64,000 nt of DNA from a virus: IMG/VR virus record IMGVR_UViG_3300035670_013228, positions 32,001 through 96,000 of that record; one strand, written 5' to 3'. Shown here piece after piece: positions 27,936 to 39,900 of the stretch. The position numbers and the translations under genes were made by a program. Positions within the stretch are counted from its first letter, which is position 1. Each line of letters begins with the position of its first letter. A model generated the notes under the pieces. That model ran no database searches, was not told the DNA's origin, and saw only the letters and a program-made list of their open reading frames with translations.

Positions 27936-27958
27936 TATTATTTTAATAAGGACGATCT

Positions 27959-30900
27959 ATGGCAAAAGGTTTTAATCTTACGGCCGAAATTAATTTAAGA
28001 GGACCATCCAATATTAGACAAGTTGTCTCTGATATTAGAAGACAACTTGGTACTATAGACACAAATATTAATGTGACTCTTAATGCTCAAACAAATAAGC
28101 AAATATCTACTCTAGATAGAAGTTTTAAAACGTTTAATAATACTTTGTCTCAAACTAGGGCATTAAGTGATTCTACAGCAAGATCATTAAGTCAATTAGG
28201 AAATGCAGCAAAAACCCTAAGTTCATCTTTACAGACCATTCCTCAGACTATGACGCAAATATCTCAAGCCGCAACAAAAGTGGCGACAGATAATAATAAA
28301 GCTAAAGTAGCTACTCAACAAATGTCAACAGAATTTGCTGAATTTGGAAGACAATCAGCATTGGCAGTAAGAAGATTTGCCGCATTTGCTACTGTAACCG
28401 GTGTTATATTCAAAGTTTCAAATGCTATTAATACTGCTACTAAAGATTTTGTGGATTTTAATAAAGCTCTTGTGCAAGTTGCTCAGGTAACAGATGCCCC
28501 GGTCTCCTCTCTTGATTTTTTGGTGAATAATATAACATCTTTATCCACTAAATTGGGAGTAGCATCCAAAGATCTAATAGAGGTTTCTAGAACTCTAAGC
28601 CAGGCAGGATTATCTGCAAAAGATACTTCGGCAGCATTAGAAGCATTGGCGCTGAGTACATTAGCTCCGTCTTTTGATGATCTCAATAATACTGTAGAAG
28701 GTAGTATTGCATTAATGAGACAGTTTAGTATAGGGGCCGGAGATCTTGGAAGCGCATTAGGTAGTATCAATGCTGTTGCCGCTAAGTTTGCTGTAGAAGC
28801 CGGAGATATAGTTACGGCCATTCAGCGTACTGGTGGTGTGTTTGCAAATGCAAGTAAAGGAGTTAGCGAAGGTACGGATGCTCTAAATGAATTTATTGCT
28901 GTTTTTACTAGTGTTCGTGCTACAACACGCGAAAGTGCTGAAACTATCGCTACTGGCTTAAGAACTATTTTTACTCGAATCCAAAGAGAAGAGACAATAA
29001 ATGCTTTAAAGGGATACGGAGTAGCTCTTACTGATCTAGAAGGCAAATTCGTTGGACCATATGAGGCTGTTCGTAGACTAGCTCAGGGACTAAGTCAACT
29101 AGATCCAAGAGAAATTAGATTTAGTAGAATTGTGGAAGAGCTAGGCGGTTTTCGCCAAATTGGTAAAGTTATCCCACTTATTCAACAGTTCTCTACTGCG
29201 CAACAAGCGTTGTCTGTTGCTCAAAGAGGATCTAGCTCTTTAGCTAGAGATGCTGTAACAGCACAATTAAGTTTAGCTAATCAAATAACTAAAGTAAGAG
29301 AAGAATTTACTGCATTAATCAGATCTATAGGACAAACAGAAGGATTTAGAGATATTGTAAGATTAACTTTGGATCTTACTAGTAATTTAATAAGAATAGC
29401 AGATGCGGCCAAGGGTGCTTTGCCAGCACTAACAGCCATATTTGCTATAAAGGGTTTTCAGGCATTAACTCAATTTGGTACTGGATTTTTAAGTGGAATA
29501 CGTAGAGGCAATAATAGAGGATTATCTACTGGCGGTAAAGTACTATCATTTTCTCAAGGAGGAACCGTTCCCGGTAGCGGAAGAGGAGATAAAGTACCAG
29601 CTTTATTAGAACCGGGCGAAGTTGTAATGAGTAATCGGGCTGTTAGACAGTATGGTAGAGGTAATTTAGTAAGAATGAATAAGTATGCTGATGGCGGATT
29701 ACAGTATAATCAAAAAGAATCTACAGTAAGGGCTCATGCTATAGATCCAAAGAGATATGGTAGTAAAATAACTAAAAAAGAATATCTGGCACTATCTGGT
29801 AAGCGTAGTATCGGTAAAAAAATACAAAGCATTATTAATGGACGAGATTTAGAAGTTATTCCAAACTTTACAATAGCTTTGCCAGAATCTTTTAATAGAG
29901 CAATGAGAAGAGGTGGTTCTGGAAAAATACCTTTACCAGAATTTAAAAAGGCTCTTGATTCGCCATACTTATTATACGGTTCTAATGCAGAAAAGCTTAG
30001 TGGTAGAACTAAACGACAAGGTATCGGCAATATTCCTGCTAAAACAGTACAAGAAATTAGAAAGGCTTTCAAAGCAGAGGTGGATAGAACAGCCGAACCA
30101 CCTGCACCAGGATATATTAGTAGAGATGAGCAAATTTATAGATTCGCTGATATCGCTAAAAGCATATTAACTAGAGAAAAATTATGGAAATCAAGACCGC
30201 TGGAAATAATGTCTAGATCTTCCACTAGTACTGGAGGTACTCAATCCAGAGATTTTGTTCCAAAAATGATTGCACAACAATTTAAACCATTTAAGAATGG
30301 TGGAATTGCTAGTCGTCAAATTGGATATATAGATTATGATGTTATAGCTAATCCAGCTAATGAAGCGGTAGTATCTAAAGGAATGGAAGCTACCGGAGTA
30401 ACCGGCCCAAGATTATATGCTGATTACTTAACAAATCTTGCTGTTAAGCGTCGCAAAGAAGCCGGATTAGAAAAACTGCGAGCAATCTATGGAGTTGCCG
30501 GAGCAGGAAAAACTACACTTGCTCGAGGACAAGGCACAGACAAAGCATCATTAAGAGAAACAACAAGATTTCCAATATTAAGTCCAGAAGATATAAATAA
30601 AGCCAGTGAGGTTATAGTATTAAGTAGTAGTGTATCTCAGAAAAAACTTGACGAAATATTTAGTAATGTTGATAGAGCATATACTCTTAGCACAACAACA
30701 GCATCAGAAAAAGAAAGAATTAAATCTCAACGGGAGTCAAGAGATACTACAGGAATAGGATTAGAAGGAAGAAAACCCGGTGGTACAATTGGTATAGAAA
30801 ACGATACTGCAATTAGCGAAGCTTTATTATCAGATAGATTGGGTAAAAAATCTGTAGTATTAGGACGCTCATCTAGTGGCAAACTAAGACGAAAAACCGG

Positions 30901-33900
30901 AAATGAATTAGTAGAAGTTGTTAAGAAAAAAATAGGAGTAGCTTGGGGAGGTTTTGCTCCTATGACATTAGGTCACGAAAGTATTGTTGATAGTGCAAAA
31001 GCTATGGGTATAAGTCCAGAGGACTTCTTGTATATCGTTGGTAGTAATGAGGCAATCAAACTTGGAGACGCATCTTCGTATAGAACAGCAATTTTTAATC
31101 AAGACTCACGAGTACTATTAGCAAAAGCTGGTGCAGGAGCAAAAGGAGCAACAGTTTTACCAAAAGAAAAAGGATTCGAAATACCTTTAGGATTTGATAT
31201 AGGAGAATCTGGTGCTGATAGAAGAAAAGTATTATTACCAGGATCCGGTAGCGTTGCTTTTGTTGGCGACGAAAAATCAGAAGAAATATTACAAAAATAT
31301 AGAGATGCTGGCTACAAAACAAAATCCATAGGACGTATGGGCGATATTAGTGGAACAATGGTTCGAGATCTTATATCTCAGGGTAATTTAGGAGAACTAC
31401 AAAAAGTATTAAGTCCTAATGTTTATGAACTTATTAGTAATAATATTGGACGTATTCAAAATCGTGCTAATATTTTACCCAGTTTGATAGAACAAGTACA
31501 ACAAAGTCAAGCAGTTAAGTTAGCTGACGTTGAAAAACAAATAAAAAGTGTTGGTATTAGCAGAATTGATCAAAAGAAAATGAGCGATCCAGAATATGCC
31601 GCTAAGGCGGAGGCTTTATTAGAATTAAGAGCTCTTAGAGATAAAATTAAAAGCTCAGGATCATTTGAGCCATACAAACTATTAGATAGGTTAGCAGCCG
31701 ATCAACCAGAAAAGTACGGCTTAGACTTTACATTATCTAAACAAACCGAACCAAAACCAATAAGAACTGTTGGTCAACGACAAACTGCTAGTTTAGGAGG
31801 ATTAATTCAAAAATTAGCCGAAGGTGGAACAGTAGAAAGTATCGCTGCTAGAGATCAAAAATCTATTGAAGCTGTAGTGCTGGAACAATTGTCCAGCTTT
31901 GGAAATGCTAGTGGAGTTAAAAAAATATTAGGATTAGGAGCAGGAGACAGAGAGGCTAGCGCCATATTAAATGCTGGTAATATTAAAGCTGGTAAAAATA
32001 TAGAAAAAGCTATTAGATATATAAATAGAGCGTTAGCTAAGACAGGAAAAGCAGATGCTGCTAAAGAAGCAAAAGAAGCAGCTATGAGGAAAGTTGCAAT
32101 CGCCGGATTATTTCCATTAGATTATAATAAAGATTTTTCAGACTGGAAGTTGGAAGATGGTAGAGAAATTTATGGTTATGTTAGAGGATTTCAATCTAGC
32201 TTTTTACCACAAATAGAAGCTATGCAAGAGGCTAATAGAGCTACTCGCCAAAAATTTGCTGAAGATATTCAGGATACGGCAGCATTAGGCGGATTAGGTA
32301 ATAGAAATATTCAAGGACCAATTCAACCATTAGCAATAGATTTTGATGAAACATTAGCTCTTGGAACAAAAATGCTAGATGAAAATGGTAAAGAAGATTT
32401 ACCAGCCTATTCGGATAGAAAAAAGGTTATGGACAGCCTGGCCAAAGCTAGACCAACCTCTCTAGCTAAAAGATTGGCCAGTATAGAACAAAAAAATCCT
32501 GGATATGTTAGGATGTTTAGTCGTATCTTAACGGCCCGTCCTCAAAGCACAGCAGATATTATAACATCTACTCTTAATAGATTCGGATTACCATATATAG
32601 AACAAGATGTCACTGGAGTTAGTAAAGGATTAGGAACAGATATAGCAAAAGCAAAAGCTGCGAATGTTGCAAGAGCTGAAAAATTAATCGATGATAGTGA
32701 AGAAAATATTAGAGCAACAATGGCTGCTGGTAAAAGCACTTTTCGTTATGGCGAAGTACCAGAACTCAAAGGACCAGCAGAAGAAAAATTTGGACAATCT
32801 AATATTGAAGGAGGCTTGTTAGAAGCGGCACTATCTCAATTATTGGGTTATCCAATAAATGTTGATGCTTTACAAAGAAATAGGGCGATTGATTTTCCAC
32901 AAGGACTAGGTAGAGGTGCTCAACTTTTTGGATTACCTCCGAATATTGAAACAGAAGTAAAAAGGACTTTGGATGGAGACAGTTTTTCAAAAGCCAGAGA
33001 AGAATTTAGTAGATACTTTACAGAAAATCCACAAGCCTATGCTAAAGGAGGAGCAGCAACATTTGGCTCTGGATCATTTAAATTTCCCAAAAGAATAAGT
33101 AATGCTTATGTTCGGGAAATGGAAAAATTATTAGAACAAGAACAAATGGAGAAGGTTTTTGAGACGTATCCTCGTAATGAAAGAATGATTGTAGACGAAG
33201 AGGCTGTACAAAAAGGTTACGAATCTCCTTTTAGTAGAGAACTATTCATAAATTCATTTAAGGATAAAATAAGCAGAAATACAGTTTTTGAAAGAATGGG
33301 ACAATTTGCGAGAGTTATAGGATTGCCACCCACAGACTTTTTGTCTGCTATACCAACTCAGTTAGATTTTGGTGTTAATTATCCTGCTACAGCATTATTT
33401 AACAAGGATCCTTCTGGTCCAGGAACCAGAGGATTACAAGGAGTAGATTTAACACCATATGGTTATACTGAACAAGATAAACAAGATTTATTTGGATATA
33501 CTAAACTAATAGAAGAGAAAAAGAAACAAATATTAAAAACAATCAAAACTTCTGTTACAACATATGAAGATGGTAGTTTTGGTTATGATGTAGCTCTAGC
33601 AGAAAAACTAAGAGTAGAATTAAACGATCTACAAAAACAACAAAGATCTCTTATTGATAAAAATAATGCAGCCATTAAAGCTGCAAAAGAATCTAGATTA
33701 CAATCCGCAAACCAGAGTGGTCGTGGTAGCGTTGGTATAGCAACTAATCCGTTCAATACAAGTCAACGTCAAGACTATAGTATTTTATATCATGAATTAA
33801 CTCATCAACTTTTTAATAGTCTTAGAACTAAAAATGCTCAATCATTTGAAGCATACAAGGCAAAAGTTGCTAGTTTATTTAGTGGAAATAATGATGATGT

Positions 33901-36900
33901 AGCAGATGCTTTTGATGCTCTGGTGGGAAATACAGGATATAATAGTGCTGATGTTGCTTATGGAAGAAGTTATAAACTTAGTGGACTAAGCAGCTTGATG
34001 ATGGGATCGGCCAAAGAGTCATTTGCAAAATATGTTAATAGTGACCCAGAATATGTTCCAGAATTAAGAAAAACCTGGGCTGAAACAACCTCCACTACAA
34101 CCGCCAAAGCCTTTAAGCCACTTAATCCTAAAGTTAATGATATTTTATTAAGGGGTCAAATAAGTCAAGATGTTATAGATAAATATGAAGATAATGGCAA
34201 AGAAGAATTTTTAACAACACTAATACAAAAATTACCATTATTAGATGAAAATCTAAGCGGAGTTTTGGATAGTACTCTAAATGAGTTGTTAGGAGGCGCT
34301 GGAATAAGTAGACAAAAATTTGCTCTCGGTGGATTAGCAGATTCTAAAGATGCTATGTCTGGATTAATGCAAGGATTATATGGAAATAGAAGACAGCAAA
34401 CAGACAAAAAAGAAAAAGATTTTGGGAAAATAAGTATCACAGAAGACGGTGATATGCTTAGTGTTGGATATCTTAAAAATGAGAGTAGATCAGGATATGT
34501 ACAAGCAATGAAATACAAAGATAATCTATGGTATGTTGGATTATCAAAAGCTACTAAAGGATATGGACCAAGATTGTATGATGTGGCTATGGAGGCTGTG
34601 ACTGAAAAAGGAGGTATGCTAACTTCCGATAGAAGTATGGTCAGCTCTGATGCTCAAAAGGTTTGGGCTTATTACTTTAAAAATAGAGGAGATGTTAAAA
34701 AAACACCATTAGAACCAGAAAATTGGACTAAAAATCAAGCACTAATAGATCCTAAGCTTTATGGAAGAAAAGAAACATGGCCTCCAGCAAATGATCCGGC
34801 TTGGATACTACAGAGCGGCTATAGCAAAAGCCCCACCTTGCTTAATGATCCAGAACAAGTAAAAAGAAATAATAATAGAACACAAAAACCTGTTGATTCT
34901 AGAAGTATGGCTCTGTCATATTTTCAAAGAGCTGATGGCGGACCAATAAACCGTTTTGCTGATGGTGGTTCTGTTCCGGCTTTGGTAAGCAATGGTGAAG
35001 CTTATGTTCCTCCCAAACTTGCTAAACGTATTGGTTATGGAACATTAAATCGTATGAATCAAGCTGATAAAAATGGTATGGGACGATTTAGTGATGGTGG
35101 AATTAGTATATTTAAGGGGCCAGGAAGCGGAACTAGTGATAGTATACCAACAAGTTTACCTGTTGGAAGTTTTATAATAAGAGAAAAAGCTACAAAAGCC
35201 TTGGGATTAAATAGGGGCGGAAGTGTTGGAATACCACGTTTTAAAGACGGTGGTAGTCCAGGAAATCTAGAAGCAGAAATACAAAGAATATTAATAGAAC
35301 TAGAAAACTTTAAAAAAGCTATTTACGAAGGAGCTAGACAAGCGGGTAAAACAGCCACAGAAGCCAAACAGCAAGCAGACAGAGCGGTACTATCCAAAGG
35401 TTCAGAGATTCTATCTAGAACCGCAAAGCCTATAGATCCGAAAAACTTACCCCGAGGCAAAACACTTGAACAGGCCGAATCGGAAAGATCACAAACTCGA
35501 TCAGCCTCTTTTGAAGCACTAAGAAGGATGCAGGATCAATCTCCTATACTAAAGTCTAATACTGCAATACAAGTCTCTACTAGTCAAAAGATAACTGGAT
35601 TTTTTCAACAAATACTAGGTTTTTCTAAACAAACAGCACAAGCTCAACAAGACGGAGCTAAAGCTCAACAACAAGCGAGTAGCGCTATACAGCAATCTTC
35701 TGATCAACTACAGAATACCAGTAAAAAACAAAGTAACATTAATTTTGGGGGATTCGGTACGGCATTAGCTTTTACAGGACCGGCTCTTGCTAGTCAATTG
35801 GGAGAGGTCATAGGAGGAGCAACGGGTGCCGGCGTAGCAGGGGTCGCGTCTAATGTTTCAACATTTACTAGTATAGGTTCACAATTCGGTGGTATTGGAG
35901 CAATCGGAGGTTTACTAGTCGGATTAGCCACGTCCATAGATAGTTGGGGTGCTAGTATTGCAAATTTTGAAGCAACGGCTAGTGCTGCTAGAATCGATCA
36001 GATATTTGATACTACAACCAAAGCATTTGAAAGATTATCTACTAATATTAATGATAAAGGAGCTTTTAATGATGTTATAGGAAATTTTCAGAGAATACAA
36101 AATGAAGAAGTAAAATTAGCGGCTTTTAGAGAAAAAGCTAATGCTCCGTCAACACTAACCGGTTTGGGCAGAAGAATCGGCTTATTGTCAACACCAACCG
36201 CTGAAACAGTAGGAGGAGAAAAAGCGGTTAGTCAACAAAAAGCAGCAGCTGTGGCTCAACAATTTTTAGAATCTCAGATACAAGCAGAACAGGATTATAA
36301 AACAGTATCACAAAAACTACAACAAGCCGGATCCTCTTTTGATAGTTTATATGCTTCTATTTTAGAAGCTGATACAGCCTATGCTGTGGAGGTTGAAAAA
36401 ATTAAACAATCAACAGATACAGAAGATAGAAAAAATCAAAAAATTAACGAACTAACAGCTCAAAAAACACAAGAAATTAGAACAAGCATAGAAACTAGAT
36501 TTGCTGATATAGAAAGAGCCAAAGCAAACAAAAGACTAACTAAACAACTAGATTTTGTATCCGTTAGTTTGACCAGAACTTTTACCACGCTAAACCAATC
36601 AATTAACGCGGCTGCATTTAGTTTAGATCAAGCTTCTGAAAGTATTCAAAATATTGTTAATGATTCTGCAAATTTTAGTAATAGATTAAGAACATCTAAT
36701 ATTTTAGAAAATCCTAGAGCTTACTCTAGAGCCGAACAAAATGCCGCTATATCTCAATCCGCCCAATTTGCTGGAGGAGATAGACAGTTTATAGAACAAT
36801 TTGCACGATTTAGTTTAGATATAGAGGATTCCATGACATCCGCTCTGAATCAAGCCAGAGCAGGAGGAGTTACAGATCCTAATGTTATAGGAGACAGATT

Positions 36901-39900
36901 TGGTTCTTTGTTAACCAATCAACTAGATAGTATTTTTGGACCGCAACTTGGAGAAAGTATCAGATCGCAATTTAAAACAGCTATCAACGAATTAACAAAA
37001 GGAGGAACAAAATTAGAAGATATTAGTACACAAGATATATTAGATAATATACCCGGACTAAATCAACAAGTACAAGCTAGTAAACAAGTATTCGAAGCAT
37101 TAAATGCTAGTGCAAAATTTTTAGAAAATGCTTTGAATTTTGTTGGAGCATCAGCTAAAGAATATGGATCTTTACAAGATAAATTAGCTGAAAATATAGC
37201 ATCTTCACAAAATATTATTGCTCAAAGTAATCTTAGTTTACAAGAAGCGCTAGGCAAAAGAATCTCATTAAGCGAAAGAAGACAGGCTAGAACATCAACC
37301 GCTGCTATTCGTGCTGGAGTAAGACCACAAGATTTAAATGCTAATTTCTTATCTGATAGAAGAGATACATTAATACAACAAAAACAAAATATCGAAAAAT
37401 CATTAGACAATCTATCACAGTCTTTTAATAAGAGAGATTTAGCAGCATCTAGACAATTCGTTGAGCTCAATAAACAACTAGGCTTAACAGAATCTTCTAT
37501 TAGACAAGTTAATCAGGCACTAGAAAGTTTACCGCAAAATATAGAGCAAAATATTAATGATATTATTTCAGAAATATCTAGATTACAACAAAAATCTGTT
37601 AATATCACAGGAGCATCAACATCATTTGGCGAAAAACTATTAGGAAGTACTCCTCAAGAACTACAGGAACTAGGAACAACATTCAATATTCTTAATAGTG
37701 CATTATCTGGTAATTTAAATACTATTCAACAATCTCAAGCTGCTCAACTAGCTTATAGACAAGCTTTGGATGATGGAAAAACTCAACAAGAAGCTATGGT
37801 AGTTGCTCAACAGGCTTTTGCCGGACAAACAAGAAATGTTTTAGGATTGTTTAATGAACTTAGTTCTATGAGTGGTCTAGAAGAAGATGAACTTAGACCA
37901 ATAAGAGCACAATTATTCAAAAATTTAGCATCATCTCAAGGAGCAGGACTAGAAAATAATCCTATATTTCAAACTATTATTAATAGGTTGGAACAGCCAC
38001 CAGAAGAAAGTAGAGAAATAAGAGAATTAAGAAATTTATTACAGGTTGAACAACAATCTTTAATACAGAGCACAGAAACAATTAATCAAAATACCCTAGA
38101 TAAACAAACAGCAGTATTAGATGCTGCTAATCAAAGATTTATAGATGCATTAAATGATATTGAGGTTAGATTTAATACAGAACAATTAAGAAGCATGGGA
38201 TTAGGATTAAGTAGACCAGGAGATATTAAGCCGCCGGCGGCCCCTCAAGCCAGAGCCAAAGGAGGCTTAATTTATGCTAGTGATGGAACATATGTAAATT
38301 ATCAACCTAAAGGTACTGATACTATACCAGCAATGCTAAGTCCGGGAGAATTTGTGGTTAACGCACAAGCTACTAAAAATAATCTTGGTTTATTAAGATC
38401 TATTAATAGTAGTGTTGGTAGTGGAAAAACTTTTAGTAGTGGAGGAGTAGTTTATGCAGCTGACGGTGGGTCGTCAGCAGCCAAGGGATTATTTAGTAAC
38501 AGATATTTTCCAACACTTGGTCCAATATGGGATAGTATTAAAAAGTTATTTAGCTCCGCTGGTAAATTTAGTATTCCCAATTTGGGTAATTTGGGTAAAT
38601 TAGATTTAACTCAATTATTGAGCAGTGGGGTTCGTGGATTAGGTAGGCTTGGAGGTAATATTGGTAATACTCTCATAGACGATTTTGCTAAGGGTGGTTT
38701 GAAAACCGCAATCACAAACATTGTTGATGCATTTAGTAGTTTGGGTAATACTTTTTCTCTAACATCTGACGGAAACCTGCTTCCAGGACAGTCAGATAGC
38801 GTACTAGATGATGTTAGTAAAAATTTAAGAAGTATATTCAGCAAGACCAAAGGCGCTGGTGTGCTGTTTAGATATTTGGGGCCATTGATCGGTGGTGTGC
38901 AAGGATTTATGGCCGATACGGAAAAAACCAAAAGAAACTCGTATGCTAATGCAGCATTAGGAGCACTTACCGGAAGTGGTACCACCATGGGGGATGTTGG
39001 CGCAACATCTATTACCGGATCTCAAACTGGTGGTAATTTATTACAAGCTGGTTTGGCAACAGCGCAGTATATGAGTATGGGGGTTCCACCACCACTAGCC
39101 GCTGCTTTAGCTGCTGGCGCCATGACTACCCAAGAAGTTATGGGATATATGGGAGATATTGATGAAACAAGAGCGTCTGAGGCCAGAACACAATCTATTA
39201 GTCAATCTCAACGAAATGCTGGTAGAGTAGTTTCTAATGACATAAAGCGAAAACCAGGAGAAACTAACGAAGAATATAGAAGTCGCAGAATAGAAGAAAG
39301 AGCAGTCGAAAGAGTTGGCGCAAATAAACTTGTAGGATTTAATGCTAATGAAAGATTATGGATAGCTACTAAAGCTAGATTAACAAATGAAAAAGAATCA
39401 TTATTATCACGACTTGGTCCGGATAGTCCTCAAGTGGTAGAGATTGATAGAAAAATTAAAGAACATGATAATAGTCGTTCTAGTATTTTTCAAGATACAA
39501 GATTTAATAGCACTGGAGCTGTTTTAAGTTATATCGGATTAGGTAGTGCTACTACTGTTAACGAAACTAAGAGCGCGACAGAAATAGAAGCTGCTGTACA
39601 AAGTGAACAAAAATACCAAAAAGCCATGGCAGTTGCAAGAAGAGAAGAACAAGAATATTTTGCAGATATGGATGATAGAAGAGCATTAGCTAGACAAAAT
39701 AAGCTGGAAAAAGAATTAAAAGACAAAGGTATATCTTTGGATAAGGACGGTGATGACGAGTTAGATTCCGAGTTCGTAAAGGAAGAGGGGGATCCGGACT
39801 ATCAACGTTATCTGGATATGCAGGCTATATTCGATACGCAACAATTTATACAAAGGAGTGAGAAAGCAGCGGAAACCGAAGCAAACGACAAAGCCGAATT

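Noticed and set aside
25629-27958. Programmed -1 frameshift of the lambda G/GT chaperone type
   Set aside because: No out-of-frame downstream ORF fills the 82-bp gap before the TMP, and the three upstream ORFs have their own starts. The A-runs present are expected in AT-rich DNA.
39740-39775. EF-hand DKDGDDELDSEF in the TMP
   Set aside because: It is a single loop lacking Gly6 and Glu12, with no paired hand. Too weak to call.
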